A stretch of DNA of 34,775 nucleotides. Source: a virus. The DNA is taken from IMG/VR virus record IMGVR_UViG_3300045988_044299. One strand, written 5' to 3'. Shown in pieces: positions 15,315 through 22,661 of this stretch (position 1 is the stretch's first letter; each line of letters opens with the position of its first letter). The translations under genes and the position numbers were made by a program. Below the pieces are notes generated by a model. It was not told where the DNA came from. It worked only from the letters and a program-made list of their open reading frames with translations, and ran no database searches.

Positions 15315-15521
15315 CCGATGAACATTGTGAAAACATAGCGGCGCGTGCAGGCTGCCAGAATCCCGCATAGTAGGTCATCAGGTTTTGAGCAGCTTTTTAA
15401 TGAGAAAAGCGCAGCACAGTGTCACACATTGCCAGGAAGGGAGTGGTGATATACATGACTGCATCACACGGATGCAGATAGACCATGCCGAAAGGCAGTA
15501 CATAGAAAGGAAGTGAGCTAC

Positions 15522-15665
15522 ATGGCAGCAGTTGAGAACAACAGGCCTGATCCCATGAAGGCATTCAAAGCGATCGCCATGATCCTGAACGCAAGAGAAG
15601 AAGGCGTGAAGGTACGCCTGACGAGCGTCAGGAAGGTAGAAGAAGATGTCAGAAAAGCAGGGTAA
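15522..15665 (+). CDS. Small hypothetical protein (47 aa), paralogue of 13022-13189
   Basis: The ATG context is identical to the first copy. A 10-bp-stem hairpin follows at 15672-15705. Confidence 0.45.
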   Translation: MAAVENNRPDPMKAFKAIAMILNAREEGVKVRLTSVRKVEEDVRKAG

Positions 15666-15860
15666 AAGAAAAGCCTTCCGGTATGCTTGGCGGCTCCGGA
15701 AGGCTACACAATGGCTTCCAGACAATGCTGAGAACCAAAGTACACATCAATAGTATTGTACAGCAGACGACAGCGGAAGTCAACAAAGCCGCGCATTTCT
15801 TGAACGTCTTAAATCGGCCTTGTAATGGATACTAACAAGTCTACGAAGGAAGTATAAGAC

Positions 15861-16775
15861 ATGAGTAAGAGAAAGAGAAGGACTGTATATGTCCCATACG
15901 ACTATGAAGCAGCATATCAGAACAGCCTGGAACAGATGGAGGAAGAGAACGAGAAGAGACTCCTGAAGGAAGGCAAGGTGAAGAACATATATGCCACAAA
16001 GGAGATCAGATCGGGAGATCAGTTGGAGATTGAAATATATCCAGAGTTCACAAGGAGACAGGAGAACCAGATCCCGGATGAAGGAAGAAGAAAGAAACAG
16101 AGACAGGCACAGAAGAACCTGAACGATAAGAACAGCAGGAAGATGTGCGAGCGCCTGATCCTGGAGAACTTCGACAATAGGGATATATGGGCGACATTTA
16201 CATACACAGAAGAACCTGAGACGCTGGAAGAAGCGGTCAGGAACATGCAGAACTTCATCAAGAGACTGAACTACAAGCGTAAGAAGATGGGACTGAAGAA
16301 CGCGAGGTATGTCTATACAACAGAGTGCGGAAGCAAGGGAAGGTTCCATCACCATATCGTCATGGATGGAGATCTGGACATGGACACAGTGGAAGCGACC
16401 TGGAACAAGGGCAAGAGGAACCACCTTCGCAGATTGCAGAAAGACGAAAACGGACTTGTAGGTGCTGCAAGGTACATCACAAAAGAAAAAGAGAGAAAGA
16501 GCAAATACCAGAAGACATGGAACGCTTCCACAGGGCTGAGAAAGCCAAAGGAGAAAGTGAACCACTACAAGACGAAACAATATCATGTAAACAGGATCGT
16601 GAAGGGGGATCTGAAGATCTGCGACCACCTGACAAAATGGTACGGCGACATGTATGAGTTCGCAGAGGCAGAAGTGAAGTACAACACCTTCAACGGACGA
16701 TTCTACATATACGCACGAATGCGAGCGAAAGGAGCAAAGAAAGAAGATGAACATGCGATACGCAAGAAGGAGTGA
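15861..16775 (+). CDS. HUH-type rolling-circle replication initiator-like protein (Rep)
   Basis: GRFHHHIVMD is an HUH motif. A downstream ARYITKE tyrosine motif is present. The N- and C-termini are basic. Confidence 0.7.
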   Translation: MSKRKRRTVYVPYDYEAAYQNSLEQMEEENEKRLLKEGKVKNIYATKEIRSGDQLEIEIYPEFTRRQENQIPDEGRRKKQRQAQKNLNDKNSRKMCERLILENFDNRDIWATFTYTEEPETLEEAVRNMQNFIKRLNYKRKKMGLKNARYVYTTECGSKGRFHHHIVMDGDLDMDTVEATWNKGKRNHLRRLQKDENGLVGAARYITKEKERKSKYQKTWNASTGLRKPKEKVNHYKTKQYHVNRIVKGDLKICDHLTKWYGDMYEFAEAEVKYNTFNGRFYIYARMRAKGAKKEDEHAIRKKE

Positions 16776-17205
16776 AGACACGGAGCAGATCAACGTGATC
16801 AGCTGGGCGATGTGGAACGAGAACGCACACCCGGAGCTGAAGCTGCTGCATCACTGCCCGAATGGCGGAAGTCGGAACAAGGCCGAAGCCGTGAAGCTGA
16901 AACAGATGGGCGTCAAAGCAGGAATTCCTGATCTGAGCCTTCCAGTGCCGAAGGGCATCTATAACGGTCTGTACATCGAGATGAAGTACGACAAAGGAAC
17001 GATAGAAAAGAGCCAGAAGGAAATGCTGAAAGCCCTGGCAGACGCAGGGCACTACTGCGTTGTATGTTACGGGGCAGAAGAAGCAATCAAGATCCTGAAA
17101 GAGTACATAAACCTGAAGCCGATCGACACAGGAAAGGGCGAGGACACGATGCTGTGTCAGAATCTGACCGTACACAAAAACAGGAAAGTGTCACCGATGC
17201 GATAG
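16747..17205 (+). CDS. VRR-NUC domain nuclease
   Basis: PD-(D/E)xK pattern: HCPNGGSRNKAEAVKLKQMGVKAGIPDLSL ... LYIEMK ... SQKEML. Confidence 0.8.
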   Translation: MNMRYARRSEDTEQINVISWAMWNENAHPELKLLHHCPNGGSRNKAEAVKLKQMGVKAGIPDLSLPVPKGIYNGLYIEMKYDKGTIEKSQKEMLKALADAGHYCVVCYGAEEAIKILKEYINLKPIDTGKGEDTMLCQNLTVHKNRKVSPMR

Positions 17206-17214
17206 GAGGCTACG

Positions 17215-17472
17215 ATGGACGAATACGCAGAAGCAGTCAGAAGGTTCTACGAGGCATACAGACCGATCGCAAGAAGGCACAACCTGAGACTGCACAGCAA
17301 GTTCTCGATGTACGATGACGGCTTCATAAAGATCTTCCAGGGCGAAGGCCAGGACAAGAAGCAGATCATCAAAGTGGAAGAGAAAGACGATGCGCTGTGC
17401 TACAGGAGAGCTATGGACGCAGTGATCAGCTGGGAGGAAGGAAGAAGAAAGGAACAACAGGCGGCAAGCTAG
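17215..17472 (+). CDS. Hypothetical protein (85 aa)
   Basis: ORF with a TAGGAGG ribosome-binding site. Confidence 0.55.
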   Translation: MDEYAEAVRRFYEAYRPIARRHNLRLHSKFSMYDDGFIKIFQGEGQDKKQIIKVEEKDDALCYRRAMDAVISWEEGRRKEQQAAS

Positions 17473-17494
17473 AAAGAACAGGAGGTACACATCA

Positions 17495-18274
17495 ATGAAA
17501 ATTATCACAGTAATGAACCAGAAAGGCGGGATCGGTAAGACGATGACAGCGGCATCACTTGCCTATATCCTGGGACAGGAACACGGAAAGAAGGTGCTGC
17601 TGGTGGATGCAGACCAGCAGGGAAACGTATCAATGCTGTACGATCGCTTCGAGCCGGAAGGGATCGGCATGTCGGAACTATTGGAGAAACACAGAAGTAC
17701 AGGAGGTACATATAGCACGACAGAGCTGATCCAGACAACTCCATACGACAATGTGGATATTATCCCGGCGAACGGATATTTGATGCGGACAAACATGCAG
17801 CTGCTGCTGAATGAGAAGGAAGATCAGATCATCAGATTCGCGGCGGCCATGCTGGAGGTACAGGACGCATACGACTATTGCATAGTGGACTGTGGACTAC
17901 TGATGGACATGACAGTCACAAACGTACTTGTAGCGACGGATCTGCTGATCCTGCCTGTCAAGGTTGGAGGCTTCGAGGTGGAAGCAATCGCAAACATGGC
18001 GGAGCAAGTAGAAGATCTTCGAGGACTGAACGAAGGAATCAAGATCAAGGTGCTGATGACCATGAGACAGAAGAACCAGACAAGTCTTCAGGTAGAGCAG
18101 TGGCTGAAAGAGTCGTCTGGACAGGAATGCTTCGAGACATCAGTCAGACGTTCGATTGTAGCAGAGAAGGCAACTATGCAGCGTGTGCCGCTTCCGGCGT
18201 TTTCAAAAAGCTGCATCGTGACAAAAGACTACAGAGAAGTAGCCAGGGAGATCCTGGAAGAAATGGAGGAGTAA
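17495..18274 (+). CDS. parA: ParA-family partition ATPase
   Basis: Deviant Walker A motif NQKGGIGKTMTA. Length and layout are typical of ParA/Soj. Confidence 0.9.
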   Translation: MKIITVMNQKGGIGKTMTAASLAYILGQEHGKKVLLVDADQQGNVSMLYDRFEPEGIGMSELLEKHRSTGGTYSTTELIQTTPYDNVDIIPANGYLMRTNMQLLLNEKEDQIIRFAAAMLEVQDAYDYCIVDCGLLMDMTVTNVLVATDLLILPVKVGGFEVEAIANMAEQVEDLRGLNEGIKIKVLMTMRQKNQTSLQVEQWLKESSGQECFETSVRRSIVAEKATMQRVPLPAFSKSCIVTKDYREVAREILEEMEE

Positions 18275-18277
18275 ACA

Positions 18278-19567
18278 ATGGCAGCAGGCTGGAGCGTTAT
18301 GGACGCACTGAACAGAAACAGCAAGGCAGCGGCAGAGGATAAGCCGCGAGCAAGGTTCCGTACAAAGGACATCAGCATCAGGAAGATGTACAGCAACGAT
18401 CGGAACTTCTACAGCATGAACGGCATAGAAAAGCTGGCACAGGAGATCTTGACAGTCGGACTCCTGGAGAACATGACAGTCATGTATGCGCCGTGTGAGC
18501 GTGGAGAGTACCGGATCATAGCAGGGGAAAGACGATGGAGAGCATTGCAGCTCCTGCTGAAGAAAGGCTATGAAGAGTTTGAGATCGCAACATGCCAGAT
18601 CAAGAGCGTAGCGGAAGAACACGAAGAAATGGTCAACATCATCATGGCAAACGCATACCGCGATAAGACTATGGCGGATCTGCTCCAGGAAGAGCAGCAG
18701 CTGAGAAAGTCACTCCAGTACATGAAGGACAACGGCTTGACACTTCAAGGCTATACACTGGACAGCGGACGCCTTCGTGATGTGATCGCTTCGATCATGC
18801 AGATGTCGGGAACGAAGATCGCACAGATCGACTCCATCAATGAGCGACTGATCCCTGAGTTCACGGAGCAGCTGAAAGAAGGACGACTGACATTCAGTGC
18901 AGCGTATGAGATCAGCGGCATGGATCAGGAACAGCAGCAGGACATGCTGGAGAAGAGTCAGGAGTCCGGCGGGCTGACTTGGAAAGAAGTGAAAGAAGCA
19001 AAGGCAGCGGCAGAAGAACCAGAAGAGCCGGAAGAAGCAGAGAGACAGGAACCGGAGCAGGAAGAAACAACAAAACCAGGAGACGACTATGAGACGCCAC
19101 ATCCGGAAGGGATCACGTCGATCTGCTACGGATGCAGCAGGTATCTGGAGTGCAACGTGAAGACATCGACCTGCACCAGCTGCGACCAGTACATAGACAA
19201 GAAAGAAGCTGAGAAAACAGAACAGCAGCGTTATGACGAAGAGCAGGCGGCAATCGACAGAGAAACAAAGAGAAAGCTGCAAGAGCGAGAGCAGGAAGAG
19301 AAGATGCAGCATCTTCCTTCAGACGACAAGAAAAAAACGATCCGGCTGTCCTGCGATGCGTTCGACCGGATCAGAAACAAGACACAGACCTTCCTGATCG
19401 TGAAGTCCACAGAGATCAGCGAAAGCAGTACGATCATAGCGATGGAGTTCAGAGAGGGCAGGGCGACAGGAGAGCAGATGCAGCTGAGAGTGAACCACCT
19501 GGAAGACAGCAGCACATCGTCGGCACTGGTAGATGGCTACTGTGTTATCGGGATAGAAGAAGCATAG
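18278..19567 (+). CDS. parB: ParB-like protein with an extended acidic linker, a Cys-rich segment and an extra C-terminal domain
   Basis: ParB N-terminal domain with the IAGERRWRA arginine box. It lies directly downstream of parA. Confidence 0.85.
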   Translation: MAAGWSVMDALNRNSKAAAEDKPRARFRTKDISIRKMYSNDRNFYSMNGIEKLAQEILTVGLLENMTVMYAPCERGEYRIIAGERRWRALQLLLKKGYEEFEIATCQIKSVAEEHEEMVNIIMANAYRDKTMADLLQEEQQLRKSLQYMKDNGLTLQGYTLDSGRLRDVIASIMQMSGTKIAQIDSINERLIPEFTEQLKEGRLTFSAAYEISGMDQEQQQDMLEKSQESGGLTWKEVKEAKAAAEEPEEPEEAERQEPEQEETTKPGDDYETPHPEGITSICYGCSRYLECNVKTSTCTSCDQYIDKKEAEKTEQQRYDEEQAAIDRETKRKLQEREQEEKMQHLPSDDKKKTIRLSCDAFDRIRNKTQTFLIVKSTEISESSTIIAMEFREGRATGEQMQLRVNHLEDSSTSSALVDGYCVIGIEEA

Positions 19568-19580
19568 GGAGGAAGGAAGA

Positions 19581-20027
19581 ATGAAACTGAACAAGATCAC
19601 GGAATGGATCAAGAAGCAGATCACAAGACATAAGAATAACAGCGGACAGATTGACCGGGATCCGGAGCGACTGCCTACGTTCGTGTCGAAACGAATGAAC
19701 CTGCCAGTCGGAGCGAAGGAAGCGGCCGAAAAGAAAATAAAAATTGACTGCACTGTAAGTTCATATAATGCCAGCACAGACGAAATAGCAAAGGCACTGG
19801 AGAAACTGGGGAAAGTAGGGTATACGATAGGCGAGAAGGAAGGAACACAAAAGGAACAGCCTATGAGCAACAATCGCCGCAAGATGAAAGGGATCCCGAT
19901 GATCAGACGGCAGCAGCTGAGAAGAGCACAGAGGAATCGGAGAAAAAAGACGAACGGCTGGCAGCAGTTGGGAGAGAGAAAGTATTGGAACCAGGAGGAG
20001 AACGCATGGTATACACACAAGCAGTGA
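19581..20027 (+). CDS. Hypothetical basic protein containing a 66-bp copy of a terminase-large-subunit segment
   Basis: ORF with a GGGAGGAAGG ribosome-binding site. 19661-19726 is about 94% identical to 24395-24460. Confidence 0.5.
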   Translation: MKLNKITEWIKKQITRHKNNSGQIDRDPERLPTFVSKRMNLPVGAKEAAEKKIKIDCTVSSYNASTDEIAKALEKLGKVGYTIGEKEGTQKEQPMSNNRRKMKGIPMIRRQQLRRAQRNRRKKTNGWQQLGERKYWNQEENAWYTHKQ

Positions 20028-20383
20028 GACGCGGAGACATATATTACATAAACAACGATCGCGGACAGATCGGCAGCGAAATGAAGAAGGATCGTCCGGC
20101 GGTGGTCGTGTCGAATGACATGAACAACCGATATAGCAATGAGATCACGGTGGTGTTCCTGACATCAAAACCGAAGAAGAACCTGGAAACACATGTCACA
20201 GTCTACAGTACAGGGCGCGAGTCGGTCGCCCTGTGTGAAGGAATGACAACACTGGACAAGCAGAGGACAGGGAAGTTCCTGGGAAGAATGAGCAGAAAAG
20301 AGATGGACGCTATCGACAAGGCACTGGGCGTTGCGATCGGAATAGACCGGAAAGAAGAGGGGGGGGGACATGATGGTGGATAA
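20006..20383 (+). CDS. MazF/PemK-family toxin (endoribonuclease)
   Basis: Matches the family pattern: RGDIYYI ... GSEMKKDRPAVVVSND ... ITVVFLTS ... THV ... LDKQR. AGGAGGAG lies 5 nt upstream of ATG 20006. Confidence 0.85.
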   Translation: MVYTQAVRRGDIYYINNDRGQIGSEMKKDRPAVVVSNDMNNRYSNEITVVFLTSKPKKNLETHVTVYSTGRESVALCEGMTTLDKQRTGKFLGRMSRKEMDAIDKALGVAIGIDRKEEGGGHDGG

Positions 20384-20507
20384 AAGAGCCAGCCCGAAAG
20401 ACTGGAAGGAAGAAGCAATCAGAGAAACAGCAAAAGCAGAGACTTACAGAGCAATGTATGAGACGTTGCTGAACAAAATCATTCAGGGAGGACAGACAGA
20501 TGTATGA
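20370..20507 (+). CDS. Small hypothetical protein (45 aa), possible toxin partner
   Basis: The ATGATG start overlaps the toxin stop region, immediately after a G9 tract. It is below the ORF-track cut-off. Confidence 0.35.
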   Translation: MMVDKRASPKDWKEEAIRETAKAETYRAMYETLLNKIIQGGQTDV

Positions 20508-20685
20508 AGCATGGGAGAACATGAAGCTGCTGCTGATGGCATCAGGAGGCGCGATCCTGTGGATTGTCATGGTGCTGGTAGCGGTCGGCCTGGTACTGGC
20601 AGCAGCTATCATCATCACGCTGACAGTGAAGGAACTGAAAGCACAGCACAAGAGAAACAAGAAGGGAGGACACCGGAATGAATAA
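20500..20685 (+). CDS. Small transmembrane protein (61 aa)
   Basis: GGGAGGA ribosome-binding site. One long hydrophobic segment is followed by a basic tail. Confidence 0.5.
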   Translation: MYEAWENMKLLLMASGGAILWIVMVLVAVGLVLAAAIIITLTVKELKAQHKRNKKGGHRNE

Positions 20686-21106
20686 GGTGATCCTGATGGG
20701 GCGATTGACCAGAGATCCGGACGTGAGATACACACAGGGCGAGGAGCCTATGGCAATCGCCAGATTCACACTTGCAGTAGACAGACGAGGCAAGAGGGAC
20801 GGAGAAGCAAGTGCAGACTTTCCTTCCTGCGTATGCTTCAGACGGACAGCAGAGTTCATCGAGAAGTATGCACACCAGGGAACGAAGCTGGTAGTTGTGG
20901 GAAGGATTCAGACGGGAAGCTACACGAACCGGGACGGACAGAAAGTATATACGACAGATGTGGTCGTGGAAGAAGCAGAGTTCGCGGAGAGCAAGGCGGC
21001 AGCAGATCGGAACGCACAACAGACACCACAACCATCACCAGACACAGGAGCCGACGGCTTTATGAACATACCGGACGGAATCGAAGAAGAGCTTCCGTTC
21101 GATTAG
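20678..21106 (+). CDS. ssb: Single-stranded DNA-binding protein
   Basis: OB-fold N-terminus (MNKVILMGRLTRDPDVRYT), a flexible P/Q-rich linker and an acidic tip (EEELPFD). Confidence 0.9.
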   Translation: MNKVILMGRLTRDPDVRYTQGEEPMAIARFTLAVDRRGKRDGEASADFPSCVCFRRTAEFIEKYAHQGTKLVVVGRIQTGSYTNRDGQKVYTTDVVVEEAEFAESKAAADRNAQQTPQPSPDTGADGFMNIPDGIEEELPFD

Positions 21107-21115
21107 GAGACAACG

Positions 21116-21856
21116 ATGGAAGACAGATGCGTGATGTGTGGCGAAATCATACCGGAGGGAAGAATGGTGTGTCCGGTATGCGAAGAAAGAGTATTGACCA
21201 GAAAAGGAGAACAGACAATGAAAGCGAGAACAATCAGAGAAACAGAGTACACATGGGAGCAGATCGAGGAGATCTTGGCAGCAGGTAAGGCAAGAGAAAC
21301 ATTCGGAGAAGATGGACAGATCACAGTCCAGGTCGAAGGAATTGGAACGGCCCTGTTGAATATCCTGGACTACGACAAGGACAAGGCTGCGGATCCGGAC
21401 ATGCGAACAATGACATTGCAGTTTGCAGATCTTCCGTTCGATGAAATGCCATTCGATGAAAACGGCTGTAACAAATGGGAGAAGTCCAGCATTCGCAGAA
21501 ACATGAACAGCATCGCCTTCAAGGAGAGATTCGAGGAAGGGTTCAGAAGACTCCTGGTTCCTGTGCTGAAGGAGAACGGAGACAGAGAGGCAACACTGGA
21601 CACGTTCTTCCTTCTGTCCGTGGAAGAAATGAAGGACGAAGAAAAGAAGTACCAGCGGTTCAGATCAGAACGCGACTGCGTGAAAGTCAATCCGGAGCAG
21701 GAGACAGAGTGGCACTGGACAAGATCCGCGTACAGAGGCACCGCGTACGATACGTGGAATGTGTACGCGTCCGGCTACGTCTACGACTACTACGGCGCAG
21801 TGTACAGCGGTCGCTTCGCCCCGGCTTGCGTCATCGGAGCGAAAGCAATCAAATAA
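21116..21856 (+). CDS. DGR target protein 2: N-terminal CxxC-CxxC zinc-ribbon-like segment plus a C-terminal variable domain
   Basis: The C-terminus (WTRSAYRGTAYDTWNVYASGYVYDYYGAVYSGRFAPACVIG) matches the TR except at adenines. An alternative internal start exists at MKARTIRE with an AAAGGAGA ribosome-binding site. Confidence 0.8.
   Translation: MEDRCVMCGEIIPEGRMVCPVCEERVLTRKGEQTMKARTIRETEYTWEQIEEILAAGKARETFGEDGQITVQVEGIGTALLNILDYDKDKAADPDMRTMTLQFADLPFDEMPFDENGCNKWEKSSIRRNMNSIAFKERFEEGFRRLLVPVLKENGDREATLDTFFLLSVEEMKDEEKKYQRFRSERDCVKVNPEQETEWHWTRSAYRGTAYDTWNVYASGYVYDYYGAVYSGRFAPACVIGAKAIK
21728..21830 (+). repeat. DGR variable region VR2
   Basis: Aligns to TR 5460-5559. Outside the AAC tract there are 10 differences, all at TR adenines. 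VR2 is 3 nt longer than the TR. Confidence 0.9.
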
Positions 21857-21859
21857 TCA

Positions 21860-21879
21860 GCGCCCGCCACGCAGGGCGC
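21860..21879 (+). promoter_or_regulatory. Hairpin 3' of VR2 (6-bp stem gcgccc/gggcgc, 8-nt loop gccacgca)
   Basis: It has the same spacing from the conserved ataatc motif, the same loop length and the same ccacg core as the VR1 hairpin. No T-run follows. Confidence 0.55.
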
Positions 21880-21903
21880 AGGAGAACGAAAGGAGAAAAG
21901 AAC

Positions 21904-22134
21904 ATGGGACTGATGGATGCAATCACAGCAGAGGACAGAGTACAACTGAAAGTGTCGGATCTGGAGACACTGATGAAGAACGCGGCAAAGGCAGACCTGA
22001 TCTTCAACGGGATCAGAGCAGAAGTGCCGCACAGATACATGAGAGAGATCATCACAGGAAAGAAGGAGGAGGATGCAGACGAAACGAAAGCCAGAGAAAA
22101 AACAGGAGAGCAGGAACACGAAACCACAGACTAA
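21904..22134 (+). CDS. Hypothetical protein (76 aa)
   Basis: AAAGGAGAAAAG ribosome-binding site before ATG 21904. The upstream part of the long track ORF 21475-22134 overlaps target 2 out of frame and is not credited. Confidence 0.5.
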   Translation: MGLMDAITAEDRVQLKVSDLETLMKNAAKADLIFNGIRAEVPHRYMREIITGKKEEDADETKAREKTGEQEHETTD

Positions 22135-22210
22135 ACCAGTCAAGTGTCGGGGGTGCTTCGGGGCATCCTTCGGTGACTGCGATAGGTGTCAGAAAGAAAG
22201 GAGATAAGAC

Positions 22211-22564
22211 ATGCCAAACGTGCGACCACTGAACAAACGCTACGGAATCAGCAAGCACGCGTTCCTGACGGCATACTCATATTGCCATCAGTACAGAGAA
22301 TGGCACAAGGCGCTGACCAGTGGAGCACGCGAGGACGACCACGGAAGCAGCGTCACAGAGATCGAGGAGAAGATCCGGAAGATCGAGAACACAGTGGCGG
22401 AGGCAGTGCAGGATTATCCTGCACTTTATCCGTTTATGCTGGAGTATGTCACGGAGGAAGGAACAACCTTCCAGCAGATGCAACAGAAGGGAATACCATG
22501 CGGCAGCACGCTGTTCTATACGCTGCGCCGACGCTTCTACTTCCTGATGTCGGGGAGAATATAA
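22211..22564 (+). CDS. Putative late-gene transcriptional regulator (ArpU/RinA-position protein)
   Basis: 117-aa ORF immediately upstream of the HNH-terminase block with an AAAGGAGA ribosome-binding site. The call rests mainly on position and size. Confidence 0.45.
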   Translation: MPNVRPLNKRYGISKHAFLTAYSYCHQYREWHKALTSGAREDDHGSSVTEIEEKIRKIENTVAEAVQDYPALYPFMLEYVTEEGTTFQQMQQKGIPCGSTLFYTLRRRFYFLMSGRI

Positions 22565-22618
22565 GTGCGTCACTCACAGGACAAGGAAAACGGTACGATG
22601 AACATACCGGAAAGAAGG

Positions 22619-22653
22619 AGAACCCTGGAACAAACCGGGGTTCTTTTTCTTTT
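22619..22653 (+). terminator. Rho-independent terminator
   Basis: 10-bp stem agaaccctgg/ccggggttct (one G-U pair) with loop aacaaa, followed by TTTTCTTTT. Confidence 0.75.
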
Positions 22654-22661
22654 GCCTGGAG

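Noticed and set aside
15728-15734. Possible third hammerhead core (ctgagaa) upstream of Rep
   Set aside because: It does not fit CUGANGA, because an A occupies position 8. There is no adjacent GAAA/stem III/GUC arrangement.
15780-16793. 337-aa minus-strand ORF opposite the Rep gene. Similar long antisense ORFs occur at 6755-7462, 22449-23129, 14624-15325, 1116-1793, 19319-20020 and 32904-33557.
   Set aside because: These are Cys/Phe/Leu/Ser-rich, low-complexity translations antisense to a purine-rich coding strand. They have no ribosome-binding sites and they fully overlap well-supported + strand genes.
21475-21903. Upstream part of the 219-aa track ORF 21475-22134
   Set aside because: It overlaps DGR target 2 out of frame and has Arg-rich junk composition. 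Only the segment from ATG 21904, which has its own ribosome-binding site, is credited.
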